Below, piece by piece: positions 45,301 through 58,892 of a stretch of 64,000 nucleotides of DNA. Within the stretch, counting starts at the first letter, position 1. Each line of letters opens with the position of its first letter. Below the pieces are notes generated by a model. That model made no database searches, was not told the origin of the DNA, and saw only the letters and a list, made by a program, of their open reading frames with translations. The DNA is from Torpedo marmorata. Taxonomy: Eukaryota. Both the position numbers and the translations under genes were made by a program. The stretch spans positions 59,458,001 through 59,522,000 of the forward strand of contig OZ360226.1 of NCBI GenBank assembly GCA_977017645.1. The letters run 5' to 3'.

Positions 45301-46148
45301 TACAATACAATTTTTTTCATCAATTATATTTAACACCTAAAAAATTAAAGAAATTTAATCCGACATTATCAGGTTTATGTTTTAGATGTAATAAAGAGGA
45401 AGGTTCCTTTGTACATTCTACATGGTTTTGTCCAAAAGTTTATGATTTTTGGTTGAAAGTTAAAAAAAATTTAGATAAAGTATTAAAGATCACATTCCCA
45501 ATGGATCCTATGATATTTTTGTTTGGAGATATTAAAAAAGTTAGTATTAAGATGAAATTAAATATGTATCAAATAGAATTTTTACGAATTGCTTTAGCTG
45601 TTTCTAAGAAATGCATTGCTATTACATGGAAATCTAATGTAGATTTAGGGTTAGAAAGATGGCATGCAGAACTTCGATCATGCATAAAAAATTACTTATA
45701 ATATACGTAATAAGTATCATTTCTTTTTAAAAATTTGGAGCCCATATATGAAAGCTGTCGGTTTAAGGATTTGAAGATCTCTGGACATCAGATCTACTGG
45801 CGAACCTAACCTCCATAATAGAATTAGTTTATAGATTTATTTTTTAGATTGACATTCTCCTTACTCTATATTTTTCTTTCTTTTTATTTTATTTTTATTT
45901 TTATATTTTTTATTTTATTAGATTAGTTGGGATGGGAGGATTAAGGAGGAGAGGGTGGGAGGGGGGGTGAAAATGTATCACAAGTATTTTGATAATTTTA
46001 TATTTTACCTTATGTATTTTGTGATTTATAATTTTAAGTAAAATATTTTTTTTTTAAAGTAATCCCTTACTAAGCACAGAGCACCTTTGGCATCCTATGG
46101 GATTACTTAAGGTGGTATGTAAGTCGAAAAAAAGGTTGAGAACCACCG
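42385..46148. mobile_element. hAT-Charlie-like palindromic MITE split by an L1
   Basis: cagtggttctca...cataccaccttaagtaatccc / gggattacttaaggtggtatg...tgagaaccaccg. Confidence 0.8.
42439..46056 (+). mobile_element. L1-clade LINE, truncated within the endonuclease, ORF2 frameshifted
   Basis: SRIDLFL, ISDHSP, RT motifs to LFADD, C-terminal CCHC; 12-bp TSD aagtaatccctt at 42427-42438 and 46057-46068. Confidence 0.95.
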
Positions 46149-46548
46149 GTTTCATTTTTTGAGTAGGTTTATATAGGTCAACACAACATCATGGGCTGAA
46201 GGGCCTGTGCCGCGCTGTAATGTCCTATATTCTACGTAACAGGTCTGTAAACTGGTCTTGACTCAAATATAACACTCGTTAGTGTGCCTCTTGTCACTGA
46301 GTACACTGGTTTCAACTTAACTTCTGAATCTTTAACAGTTGAACTCCTAAATTATGGATCTCTGCTTGCCGTCCTGTCTCCTCTGTGGTCAAGGCCCATG
46401 CTTGGAATAGACAGAGATTTCACCTCAATTATCTCAACCATAGTAGAACATCACCGCCAGAGATCCCCAGGGTAGTGTCCGAGGCTTATTCATCAATGAC
46501 CTTCCTTCAGTCATAAGTTCAGAAGTAGCGATTTTTGCTGATGACTGC

Positions 46549-47300
46549 GGACAACTGTGTGGTGTTGCACTTTGGGAAGACGGACCAGGGTTGAACTTAC
46601 ATAGTAATTGGTAGGGAACTGTGGAATGTGGCAGAACAGAGGGATTTGGGACTACAGATACATAATTCCTTGAAAATGGCATCACTAGTAAATAGGGTCG
46701 TAAAGAAAACTTTTGGCACATTGGCCTTCACAATTCAAAATATTGAGTACAGGAGTTGGGATGTTATATTGAAGTTGTATAAGACATAGGTGAGGCCAAA
46801 TTTGGAGTATTTTGTGCAGTTTTGGTTATCTGCCTACAGGAAAGATATCAGTAAGATTGAAAGAGTACAAAGAAAATTTATAAGGATATTGCCATGAATC
46901 GAGGCACTCAGTTATAGGGAAACATTGAATAGGTTAGGACAGTGGTTCTCAACCTTTTTTTCCACTCACATACAATCTTAAGTAATCCCTTACTAACCAC
47001 AGAGCACCTATGGCTTAAGGTGGTATGTGAGTGGAAAGGAAAAGGTTGAGAGCCACTGGTTTAAGGGAACACCAGGGGGAACTCTTCACTCAGAGGAAGG
47101 TGAGAGTATGGTGAGCTGCCAGTGGAGGTGGTTGATGCGAGTTTGATATCGACATTTAAGAGAAGATTGGATATGTACATGGATAGGTGGGATATGGTCC
47201 AGGTGCACGCCGATGGGACCAAGCGGAATAAATAATTTGCCACAGGCTAGATGAGCTGAAGGGCCTATTTATGTGCTGCAGTGTGGTTCTATGGTTCTAT
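46549..47300 (+). mobile_element. Younger CR1 3' fragment with a MITE at 46940-47058
   Basis: RP.LEY.VQFW-like coding remnant, tail gggcctatttatgtgctg...ttctatggttctatg; flanked by atga(c/t)tgc. Confidence 0.8.
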
Positions 47301-47665
47301 GATTGCACAATGCTCAGCACCTTTCATTCCCCATCAGATAATGAACCTGATCTACATCCAAATTGACGGAGACCTGGACAATATCCAAACATGGGTTGAC
47401 ATGTAGCAAGTAACATTCATGCAGCACAACTGCCAGATAATGATGATATCCAACAAGAGGTTGGTTGGAAAGGTTGAGAGTGATATGTGCCAAGCACAGA
47501 CAAATAGGACTAGCTTGGTCAGAGCGGACAAATGGAGCGAAGGGCCTGTTTCTGTGCTGTGGAATTCGATGACTCTATAAGTCTCAGAGAAAATCCATCT
47601 ATACTCCCTGACATTCAATGGCATTGCCATCAATGAATTCCCCACCATCAATAATCTGGAGGTTG

Positions 47666-48477
47666 CACTGGATAATGAAGGTTTTGCTTCCTGAACACTT
47701 TTGGGTGTATTTTATGGATTTTGGGCTGCTAATCACAAAGATCGCCTAAAACTTTCCCATCACATACCGTTTTTTAGATATAACCTATTTTTGTGATTTT
47801 TTGTCATATTTTAAGTCTACTAGTATATTGCCCACAAAGCAAGCTGTTTTGGTCAGTCCAATCAAGCCTGGGCATGAAATCAGTGCAGGTGCTATGCAAA
47901 TGTTGTCTTAGGCCTGGGCATGCTTAGTCAGGATAGATGCAGACAGGCTATAAAAGAAGCTCACATATACAGATGTTGTGCATTACATTGATATAGATTG
48001 AACGCATGTTGATGCACATGTTCTTCAGCCAATAACTTAGTGAGTGTACTTAACAATAGCATTTATTGTCTTCAGGAAGATTCAATACAGCAGAAATGTC
48101 TCATCAATGTCATAACCACTGTGATGCATTCTGTTACATTTGTGATGAGTATACGTTTAAGGCTCAAAGATGCAGTATGACTGCACTTATTAAGAAAGCC
48201 TATGAGCTCTACTTTGTTTGTAAAATTGGTGACGAAGACAAACCCTGGGCTCCTGACATTTGTTGTGCAACATTTACAGTCAACCTGAGAGCTTGGCTCA
48301 GAGATACTCGGAAGTCAATGCCATGCTAAATTCAATAAAAGTTAATTTAATGTTTCTCCAACTTCCTACATGATACAGCAAATCTGAAATTATCTTTGTG
48401 TTCAGCTTGAAGTTGCCTATGATAATCCCCAAATTTCTTTCAGGAAGCAAACATTTTGAAAAAAATGTTGTCCAGTG
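47666..48477 (+). mobile_element. Chapaev3 (CMC) DNA transposon deletion derivative
   Basis: TIR CACTGGAYAA; 3-bp flanks ttg/tta; N-terminal transposase fragment QCHNHCDAFCYICDEY...DKPWAPDICCAT (48096-48329). Confidence 0.75.
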
Positions 48478-49364
48478 TTATCATTGACCGGAAACAAAAA
48501 TTGAGTAGCCATCTACACAACGTAGCTAAGGAATAGACCAGAAGCTCAAAATCCTGCAGTGAGTAACTCATCTCCTAAGTTCCTGAAGCCTGTCCACCAT
48601 CTACAAGGTGCATCAGCAGTGTGATGGAATACTGTCTGCTTGCCTGCATGTGTGCAGCTTTAATAACACTCAAGAACCATGCATGACATGCAACTGGATG
48701 GTTAAGTACTCCATCCACAACCATTCACTCATTTTACCACTGATGCATAAGAGCAGTAATTAGAACCAACAGCAGGACACATTGCAGGACACATCAAGAT
48801 TCCTTAGACAATATCTTCCAGACCCATAACCTCAAGGACAAGGTGGCAAAAACATAGGAACACCACAACCTGGAGGTTGCCCTCCAAGACACAAACCTGA
48901 CTTGCAATGATTGTTGTTGGGTTAAAATCCCTGAAGTCTTTCCCACACAACATTGTGGGTATGCCCACACCTCATAAACTGCAACAGATAAGGAAAGCAG
49001 CTCACCACCAACTCTTCAAGGACAATTGAAAATGCTGGCTCATCCTTTAAAACTCACATCCCTTGAACTGGAGCCCAGAAGCAATCACCAAGAGTTGCCA
49101 GATTTGGGTCCCTCCTTATTTCTTAAATTTCCTGCTGCATTTGGGGAATTTCAGGGCCTTGACCCATCATTTATTGTTGAGTTGTTTTCCTCTTTCCATG
49201 GGCCTTAATAGCTACTCGCATTTCAAGGAAGATTGTACAATCATCTTTTTGTAGTCGAGTGTGTCTGGGTAGAAACCTCAAACTAACAACACATGGCAAG
49301 TTAAGGCAATGATGAGTGAATATTATATAACAATATTCTATATTCATAATATTAAGGCTTTGAA

Positions 49365-49840
49365 AGCCTTCCTTGATGTCTACTACACCTCCAATTGTTG
49401 TGTCCTTTGCAGACTTAATTTACCACATTACCATCCAGATCGTTGATATTGATGACAAACAACAATGGACCCAGCACTGATCCCTGAGGCACACTACTCA
49501 TCACAGGCCTCCAGTTAGAGAGGCAATCAACTACTACCACTCTCTGGCTTCTCCTGCGAAGCCAATGTCAAATCTAATTTACTACCATCCTGAATACCGA
49601 ACGTCTGAAACATGACCAACCTCCCATGTGGTACCTTGTCAAAGACCTACTAAAGTCCATGTAGACTACATCCACGGCCTTTCCTTCATTAACTTTCCTG
49701 GTTACCTCCTTGAAAAGCTTTGTAAGATTGGTTAAACATGACCTACTATGCACAGAGCCATGATGACTGTGCCCAATCAGTCCTTCTCTCTCCAAATACT
49801 TGTATATCTGATCTCTTAGAATACCTTCCAATAACTTACC
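49365..49840 (-). mobile_element. CR1 RT fragment
   Basis: [39 protein letters not shown]. Confidence 0.85.
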
Positions 49841-50014
49841 CAAGACATGGGTGTATTTGGGTAGTGTGGGCTCATGGGCTGGAAGAGCCTGTTACCGTGC
49901 TGTATCTCTAAAATTTAAAAAAATACTGAAGTATATCACAAATACTTGTTGATATTTTTGTACGATATGGACGAAACAAGGACAAGGTGCTTACTAAGTA
50001 TAACGTAATGTACT

Positions 50015-50490
50015 GTTGTAGCAATCTCGGCTCTGAGCCAGGAACTTGAGATGTCAAGGATTACTTTGGCAAATCTATGACGACAGTCCAGTGCAGGAGC
50101 GAGGAAGAAAGCTGTCAGAAGTTGCATTTTTTCAGAAGAGATGTGAAATTGAGGTCATCAAAGTTGCATGCAAATTGCTACTTGCAGTGGAAGTAAATTC
50201 TCCCAATTTTCTGATACAAACCTATTTCTGAATCAATAATGAAAAGAAATTGCTTCAGAAATGTCTCCAATTGTGCCACACTTTTGAGGGTCATCTAAAT
50301 ATCTGAAGGCTAAATGCACACAAGGCAATTTCTACCCTACTTCCTTGTCATTAACTCCTTGCATCTTACAGAAGCATAAGATGACTGTTGTTTCTTATAT
50401 CATGACAGATCATATTAATTAGTACTTAACTGCTTTGCAAGTACTTTGGGACATCATAAAATCATGAATGTCACCATATAAGTTATTTTC
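50015..50490 (+). mobile_element. Old DeuSINE (SacSINE1-like) copy
   Basis: tagcaatctcggctctgagccag, ccagtgcag..gag, ttttcagaagagatgtgaaattgagg, tactttgggacatc. Confidence 0.5.
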
Positions 50491-50669
50491 ATGTTAACAT
50501 TTGAGCTAACACACTAAAATAGTACCAGCAGCACTCCTTTAAATGCTGCAGAAATACCAATCGGAGATGAGTAATGATTTCCAGTCAACACAGTTTTTAT
50601 TCAAGTTCACTGAATTTGGAGGCATGGTAGTTTCAATTAGGTTAAAATCAGAAGATAAAATTTGGAAAA

Positions 50670-50762
50670 AAAAACAATCTGTTTGAGGAACTCAATGGGT
50701 TGAGTAGCATCAGTGGAAGGAAAAGAATTGTCAACATTTCAGATTGAACCTTTCATCAAGAT
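50670..50762 (-). mobile_element. Penelope pLTR remnant
   Basis: Similar to the left arm of 23453-23622; reverse complement ttgatgaaaggttcaatctgaaatg. Confidence 0.55.
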
Positions 50763-51179
50763 TAAAATGAGATTCAAGGTTCAAATCAGATACTTGCAAA
50801 TCACAGACTAATCAATTTATGTTAGGGAGGGAGGGTTTGGGTGAATTAATTATTTTCATGATTTTCTGCAGAAGGTCTCAGAATCTTCTACTTTGATTCT
50901 GGCAAGTGAGTAATGGAAACCCACGTGAAATTATGTAAATTATTATGTGGACTCTTTGGATGTTCCAACAGCCTCTTTGTTGCTATTATGACAAGAAATC
51001 TGGAGAATGTCCTTGGCCACCAATAAGGTCAATAATATGATTTCAACGCTGAATGAAGTCAAATTTATTTCCAGCAACTCTGGAAGTTTTTATCTAAACC
51101 ATGCATTTCGTGTCAATATTTTAACAGAATCTGGAATACAAGATAACATGTTTATTTTACTGGATACACTTAATTAAAA

Positions 51180-52330
51180 ACACTGGCATATATCTCATAG
51201 TGTGGAAAATTACCAAGGTCATGGCCTGTTCACAAAAAGCAGCACTAATCCAATCTAGCTATCATTCAATCGGTCTACTCTCAATCATCAGCAAAGTGAT
51301 GGAAAGTGTTCTCAATAATGCTATCAATTAGCACTTGCTCACTAATAACCGACTCATCAATACCAAGTTTGCATTTCAACAAGACCATCCTACTCTGGCC
51401 TCCTCACAAATTGAAATCAATGGCCATCAAAGGGAAAATGGCCACTGGGTGAGCCTGACATCGCACAGAGGAATGTAGTTGTGATGGGCAGAGGTCAATC
51501 ATTCCAGCCTCAAGTCCACACTATTGGAACTCCTCAGGGCTGCATCCTATTCCTGACCATCTTCAGCTGCTTCACCAATGACCTTTCTTCTATCATAAAG
51601 ACAGCAGGAGCGATAATTGCACAATGTTCAATTCCTTTTGCAAGCAATCCATGGTGGTTACAATGGCTAATATTCAGGAATAGGGTGATAAATGGCAAGT
51701 AACATTTACACCACAGAAGTGTCAGAAAATATAATTCAGGGACAAGAAAGCATTCCCATCTATACTTGACATTCAATGGTATTACCCTTGTTCATTCTCC
51801 TACCATCAATAATCTGAGGTCACCATTGACCAGAAATTCACATGTACCAGCCATATTAATACCACAACAATAACAGCAGGTCAGAGGCTGTGTACACTGC
51901 CGTAAGTGACTCATCCCTGACAACCAAGACCTTTCCACCATCCACAACCAAAAGCAAAGGATGTGATGAAATACTCCCCACTTGTCTGGTTGAATACAGC
52001 ACCAACAACTCTCAAGTAGTTTAACATTGTCCAGGACAAAGTAGCCTATTTGCTAGGCACACTGTCGACCATTCTAAATATTAATTCCCTCACCACCAAC
52101 CCACATTGATTGCAATGTATACCATCTACAAAATACACTCTCCCAGGCTAATCGGGTAGACCTATGAAGTCTAAAACCAAGAACAATAAAGGCAGCAGAT
52201 GTATCGTAACATCATCATTCCATGTTCCCAGACAAGTCCTGATGGGAAATATATCACTGGTCCTTCATTATCACTGGGTGTAAATCCTGGTACACTCGAC
52301 ACAATTGCATGGAACACCACGCAATTTAAA
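51180..52330 (+). mobile_element. Old CR1-group LINE RT/3' relic
   Basis: GTPQGCIL..TIFSCFTNDL; parallels 46440-49040. Confidence 0.65.
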
Positions 52331-53659
52331 AAAAAAACTCTGATGGTGTTTTTCATCGTGTGTTACATTATGCAACAGGTGCATCGTGGCCAAGGCTTAG
52401 AGAATGAAGTGATGGTATATAAGCTTCAGGTGACTATAAGTCATGTGTTTAACAGGATACACTGCAACATGAGTGATCCAATGTTTTCCTAACAGGTGGA
52501 ACATTTTGTAAATTTTCTGACTCCTAATGTCTGTAGAATTTCTCATCTTTTTTTGCAAAATTACCAAATTTCTGAAATAAAACTTACAACTTGCACAAGT
52601 GGGCAGAATTTTGTACTGCCACATTAAAACTAAAATCTTATAGTCATAATAACAAAAATACATTGGTCAATTTTCTAATATGCAGCAGCGCAGCCAAGTA
52701 AGAATATACTTGTTAAGTGCAGGATATTGCAAACCATGTTAAGACTGCAGACATGTCACAAATGTGTGACCTTAAAAAAAATACACTTGTAAAGAAAGAA
52801 ATGCATGTTGCTGACAAATGGAGCACAAATTTCAATCACTCTTGACAACCAGAGAGATATTGCTCAGCAGGTTTGAACAAAAAGACACAAGAATGTTGAA
52901 CAGAGTAAATGTCCAACTGCAAGTATTACACATTTTTGTAATGCAAAATACTAAAGGTGATCATATACTTGCGAGCGAGAGACTATCTAAAATTCAAATT
53001 TAACAATGATATATTACAGTTGATTAGAAGACTTTACCAGCCCAAATTATTGTCCACATGGACAAAATCCAAGGCAATTGTTTGAAATATTTGAAGAAAT
53101 TGTGAATGGAAGGGAACTGGGTCATTTAAGGGAGCAATCATTTATCTTACTCAGCTTGAATGTATCAAATAAAAGAAGCACATGTTATTCCTAATTCTGT
53201 AGTGTTATTTTCTTTCACTAACTGGAGTGTAAACAAGAATCACAGAGACTCAAAGGTACTCTGCAGAGTTGGGTTGAGGATAGGAAAATTCATTAAGGAG
53301 AATTGTCATGCAGTTGAGACTTTTTTCTCAACAACATTGGATTTGTGAAGCAGCCTTTGTCGGCACAGAACAGATTGAATGGACCTTGTTGAGCAACATG
53401 TCAGAGTAGAATGACAGACAAAGTAGCCTTGCCAGTGGCTGAACAAACACAGACCCACTTTAATCAATGAAAATTCCCTTATAGGTTGAATGGACAAATA
53501 TAAAACATATAATCTCGTAAATGATGGCTGACTCAAATGCATTAAAATTATTCGTTTCTGCAGTGTTTTTCAGGAGATGGACTAAAGGGCAGAATACGCA
53601 TATCTGCTGGCAAAGGCAATAGTTTGTGCTGATTCCATGCCTCATTGAACGGGTGATTT

Positions 53660-54010
53660 CAATATTGAACACTAATCCTCCCCCACCTGGCTCCATTTGC
53701 TTTGTTCTCTATCTACTTTCATCTATCACCCCACTTGGAAATCTTCCAACTCCACCCCTTGCACTCCCCAACCTGGATCCATCTGTCTGTCATACTTCAT
53801 TCCTCCTCAGTCCACCTATCACCTCCTGACCCCTGTCTTACCCCTCCCCCTCTCTCCTTAACACTGGCTAAGTTCTCTCTCTATTCTCTGCACTGATGCA
53901 GGGTCTTGACCCAAAACATTGACAATTCTTATCCCCTCACAGATCTTGAAATGCAGAGTTCCTCTCACAGTTTGTTTATTTGGTCCAGATTCCAACATTT
54001 GCGGTATCTT
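53660..54010 (+). mobile_element. Old Penelope pLTR with a degenerate hammerhead
   Basis: C-rich tract then ctgatgcagggtcttgacccaaaacattgac. Confidence 0.55.
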
Positions 54011-57000
54011 ATGTCTCAATGAACACAGTCTGATTATTGTGGGGAGTCTCATTGTCTTGACAATGAAAGCCATATTGTTTGTTTGGGGAAATTTTGATTT
54101 TGACCTGTTACAAATTCAAACCAGCAACGACAGAAGACACAATGCAAAAGGGATAAAATTGAAATTTATATTTATTAAAGACAATTAAACATATAATTTC
54201 ACAACAATTAACCCCACTATAAATGTCTATAAACACTATTCTTATCTAAAAGGTGTGTGTGTGTGTGTGTGTGTAAAGCCCAGACCATTACAGTCTGTGC
54301 CCAACCCTCATGTAAAAATGGAAAAACTTTCCCCAAAAACCCCAGGTCAGTCATAAAAACAAGTCAGTCAAAAAAAATGTAATACAGTCCACAAAAATTC
54401 ACTCTCTAAGTTCAGGTTCCAAATTCAGCTCTGTGTGCTGGTAGAAGGACTTTTCAATGAACGTTGGAAAGAGACAATGACCGTTTCTGCTTACGAATAC
54501 TTGGCTTGTTTTTTCTTCTCTGATGACTTTCCCTTTTGGTAGAGATTCACTAGGATTGCGACTTCAAATCAGTATACCACTGATTGAGGCGTGTACTTGG
54601 ATCTCACAGCTGGTCTCGCTGATCTCACGCCTGTTCTCTACAAAAGTTGCTTTTAACTCAGGATTTTGCTGAGACAGGAGGCCATGTGCTATTCTTCCAG
54701 CCTTTTTCTCTGGGATGCACAAGCCTGGATTTGGCTGTGTTGTCCAGCCTTTGCAACTCCAAACTGCCTGCTTTTTGCAGAGGTCTGCACCTGCTTTTGC
54801 AAAAGTGCAACAAAGTATCTTTTCCACAGCCTGTCTCTCTCTGGTCTCTCTCTCTCTCTGGGTACACCAAGTCCTGGGAAAGTTAACTCCTTCAGTACCT
54901 GGTCCCAGAGTGTACTCCAAAAGACTTCATCCTTCCTGCTGACCGTCCGTGGTCCAAATGGTCAGTCATGGTCCATAACACCTGCCACCCACAAAGAAAA
55001 TTTTGGTCTGCAAGAACAAAATTTTGGGAATTAATTGAGGTGTCACAATATAAATAAAACCCACAATGTTCATCCACAAATACAAAATATGAACTATTTT
55101 CATTGATAAAGTATGACATCTAGAAAGACAATCAGCAATTACATTATCTTTCCCTTTTATATATGTTATTATTAAATCATATTCTTGCAAAATTAGACAC
55201 CAATTCAACAACCCTCGATTCTTATTTTTCATTTTACAAAGAAAAACCAATGGATTATGGTCAGTATACACTATGAGTGGTTTTTGAGCTGTACAGATAT
55301 AAACATCAAAGTGTTGTAGAGCCAACACAAGAGCCAACAACTGTTTATCTATGGTTGAATAATTCCTTTGATGATCATTGAACTTCTTCGAGAAGTAGGA
55401 TACCGGATGGTCAATGTCCTCTTCGTTCTTCTTCTGTAACAGCACCGTGCCCAAAGCTTCATCGCTGGCATCCACGGCTAAAGTAAACGGCTGTTCTAAA
55501 TTAGGTGACTTAAGCACAGGTTGGTGGCATAACATGGCTTTCAATTTGACAAATGCTTCCTGACAACCTGTCGACCATACACATTTTTCTTTCTTTCTAA
55601 GCAAATTTGTGAGAGGGAGCGTAAGATCAGCAAAGTTTTTACAGAACTTGCGGTAGTAGCCAATCATTCCCAGGAACCTCCTCAGAGTTTTCTTACCAGT
55701 TGAAACAGGGAACTCGGAAATAGTCACAACCTTTGCCTCTACTGGCGCCAACTGCCCCTGTCCTACTACATAACTCAGAGAATTAACAGTCCCATGACCC
55801 TCTCTGAAACTGGTTTTATCTGTCTCCTCCTTACCCCTGTCAATAACCAGCACCTCTGGTAAATGTTCAGTCTCTTTGTGCGGCACCTGTTCAAAATATG
55901 GCTTAATCATATTCACATGACAGACCTGTGTGTCTCGTCTGCGATTAGGTGTTTCTATGACATAGGTGACATCATTAATTTTTGACTTAACTCTATAGGG
56001 TCCTGAAAATCTAGCCCTAAGAGGATTTGAATGGATGGGAAACAGATCTAATACGTTCTCACCAGGTTTAAAAGTTCTCATCTTAGCCTTTCAATCATAC
56101 CAAACATTCATTCTTTGTTGAGTGGACTTTAAATTCAACTTTGCCATCTCACAAGCCCTATCCAACCGATCCTTAAATTTGGAAATATAATCTAACAGAT
56201 TTAAATGCACATCACTATTAATCCACTGTTCTTTTAATAATCTTAAAGGACCTCTCACCTCATGTCCGAAAACTAACTCGAATGGACTAAAATCAAATGA
56301 TTCTTGGACAGACTACACACTTCAAATAACAACAAATGAACCCCCTCATCCCAATCCTTTTCCTTCTCACAACAATAGGTTCTAATCATGTTTTTCAAAG
56401 TCAAATGGACCTCTCCAAGGCCCCTTGACTTTCTGGATGGTACGCAGAGGATACAATCTGTTTAACTCCCAGTCCATCAACCACTTGTTGGAAAACACCA
56501 AACATGAAATTACTGCCCTGATCTGATTGAATTTCCCTTGGCAAACCTACCAAGGTGAAAAACTTTACCATAGCCTTTACAATTGACTTTGCTTTAATGT
56601 TTCTCAGAGGAATGTCCTCTGTAAATCTGGTGGCTGTACACATAATTGTTAACAAATACTCATTCCCCGCTTTGGTTTTGGGCAATGGGCCAACACAGTC
56701 CACGATCACTCTCGAAAAAGGCTCACTGAAAGCAGGGATAGGTTGCAAGGGGGCCACCGGGGGACCCTGATTAGATTTACCCACCACCTGACAAGTGTGA
56801 CAGGCCCGGCAAAAGCTTACAACCTCCCTTCTCAAACTGGGCCAATAAAATTGTTTCATTATCTTCCTTATAGTTTTCTTCACCTAAGTGTGTACGTTGA
56901 GCCAGTTATTATTGCATCCCTATATACTTTAGGGATCACAACCTGCTGCACTACTGCCCATTATTCATTGGCAGGAACATCACATGGTCTCCACTTTCTC

Positions 57001-57818
57001 ATCAACACCCCATCTTTTTCATAATAACCTACTGGCACCTTTTTAATCTCCTCTTTTGAGAGAACCTTATCCCTCACCTCAGCAAGATCAGGATCGTCCT
57101 TTTGCCTTGCTATTAGCTCCTGTCGGGATAGTGAAAAATCCGTGCCTTTTGGTGTCTTATCAGTGGATGGGTGTCACACAGGAGATTGCTCAACCTTTTC
57201 CAGGTTTACTTGATTATCACTGTCTTTATCTTTCACCAAGTTATTTTCCTCTGCCTTTTCTACAGTGACATTTTTCTTAGACATGGCCCTGGTTATGGCA
57301 CATGCCGGAAAAATATCAGAGTCTTTCTCTGACTTATCAATGACTGGCTTAGTGGTCATTCGCACTGCAGGAACTACATTGCCCTTGGCCAAGTCATTGC
57401 CTAGCAACAGTGAGACTCCTTCTACTGGCAACTCTGATCTCACTCCTATTATAACAGATCCTTCCACCAAGTCTGAGTCCAACACTATTTTGTGCAAAGG
57501 AATGGACTCAACATCACCCCCAATTCCTTTAATTAAATTTATGTCACCGGTGTCAGTAGCTTCACAAAATTCCAAGACACTATCTAACACAAGTGACTGA
57601 GCAGCTCCAGTATCTTGCAAGATTTTCACTGGAACTTGTTTTGATCCTGCCTTAACGGAAACAAAACCATCAGTCACAAAAGGTTTAAATACATCTCTAA
57701 CTTTGTCAGTAAATTTATCTCCTTCCTGGGTGTTATGCCTCTTCTCACTCTGAATACAAGCATTAGGTGTTGCATCCTTTTCTCTCTTCTTTTTCAACAC
57801 TGGACAACTTGCTAACAT

Positions 57819-57859
57819 TTGACCTGCTGAGTTTCTCCAGCATTTTTTTTTTTACTTTT
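57819..57859 (+). mobile_element. 41-bp Penelope terminal fragment with TSD
   Basis: ttgacctgctgagtttctccagcatt matches 14345-14370; TSD ttgctaacat at 57809-57818 and 57860-57869. Confidence 0.85.
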
Positions 57860-58892
57860 TTGCTAACATATGACCATCCTTTCTACAGTAGTGGCAAATG
57901 GGACCCGAATGGTTTTCCCTTTTCCACTTTCCTTCATCCCTTTCCTTAACACCACTTCCAAATTTACTTTCCACTTGCTTGGGATTATCCACAGTGACCT
58001 TTTGGAAAATTCTGCCTGACGTCCACTTAGGCTTGTGGGTTAAAGCATATTCATCTGCTAACTTAGCTGAATTTTGCCAAGTTTTCACCTCTTTTTCATC
58101 TAAGTATACCTTAATTTCCTCAGGAACACACATTTTTATCTCCTCAATTATTATCAATTCTCTCAATTGATTGTAATCATTGCTTACCGCCTTAGATGTG
58201 CACCACCGGTCAAAACACACAACCTTTTCATAGGCAAACTCTGTATAACATTGGGTTGCTGATCTTTTTAAATTTCTAAACTTCTGTCTATAAGCCTCTG
58301 GAACTAACTCATAAGCCTGGAGTATAGCCTTTTTCACCGTTTCATAATCAGCTGCTTGCTCCATGGTAAGAGTAGAATAAGCTTGCTGAGCTTTTCCTTT
58401 TATTACACTTTGTAACATAAGAGACCATTGGTCTTGTGGCCATTTTAATTTCACAGCCACCTTCTCAAAATGTTGGAAGTACTTATCTATTTCTGCATCC
58501 TCAAATGGAGGAACCAACCTAACTTCTCTACTAGCTAAAAACCCCTCAACTGGATGACGAATTTGATCTTGGTGCTCTTCTTGTCTCCCGTCATTTTCCA
58601 ACTTTATCTTTTTCAGCACATATATCCTATTTTTATCCTTGTTCTCTAATTCTAATCTCTTTTGTTCCAATTCCGTGTTTAATTTCTTTTGTTCCAACTC
58701 CGTGTTTAATTTCTTTTGTTCCAATTTCGTGTTTAATTTCTTTTGTTCCAATTCTGTGTTTAATTTCTTTTGTTCCAGTTTCAATTCCAATTTCTTTTGT
58801 TCCAATTCCCTGTTCTTTTGTTCAAATTCCAATTTCTTTATTTCTAACTGTATGTTTTCAGAAGGTTTACCCTTGGGAAGCTGCTCTAACAC
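57852..58892 (-). pseudogene. Gmr1 gag with SCAN-like capsid region and a 27-bp repeat expansion
   Basis: AYELVPEAYRQKFR, LRELIIIEE, CHYCRKDGH; (LEQKKLNTE)n at about 58660-58830. Confidence 0.85.

Larger units (their letters stand above)
46440..49040 (+). mobile_element. Old CR1-group LINE 3' part hosting CR1, MITE and Chapaev insertions
   Basis: PQGSV, FINDL and FADDC at 46465-46548 resume at about 47300; homologous to 51180-52330. Confidence 0.7.

Noticed and set aside
42377-46156. 8-bp TSD for the split MITE (and for the copy at 46940)
   Set aside because: The flanks do not match (ttccagct vs gtttcatt; ggttagga vs gtttaagg), so no TSD is claimed.
49995-50111. Apparent 117-bp minus-strand exon (AG...GTAAGC)
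   Set aside because: It overlaps the 5' part of an old DeuSINE copy, so the open frame is probably chance.
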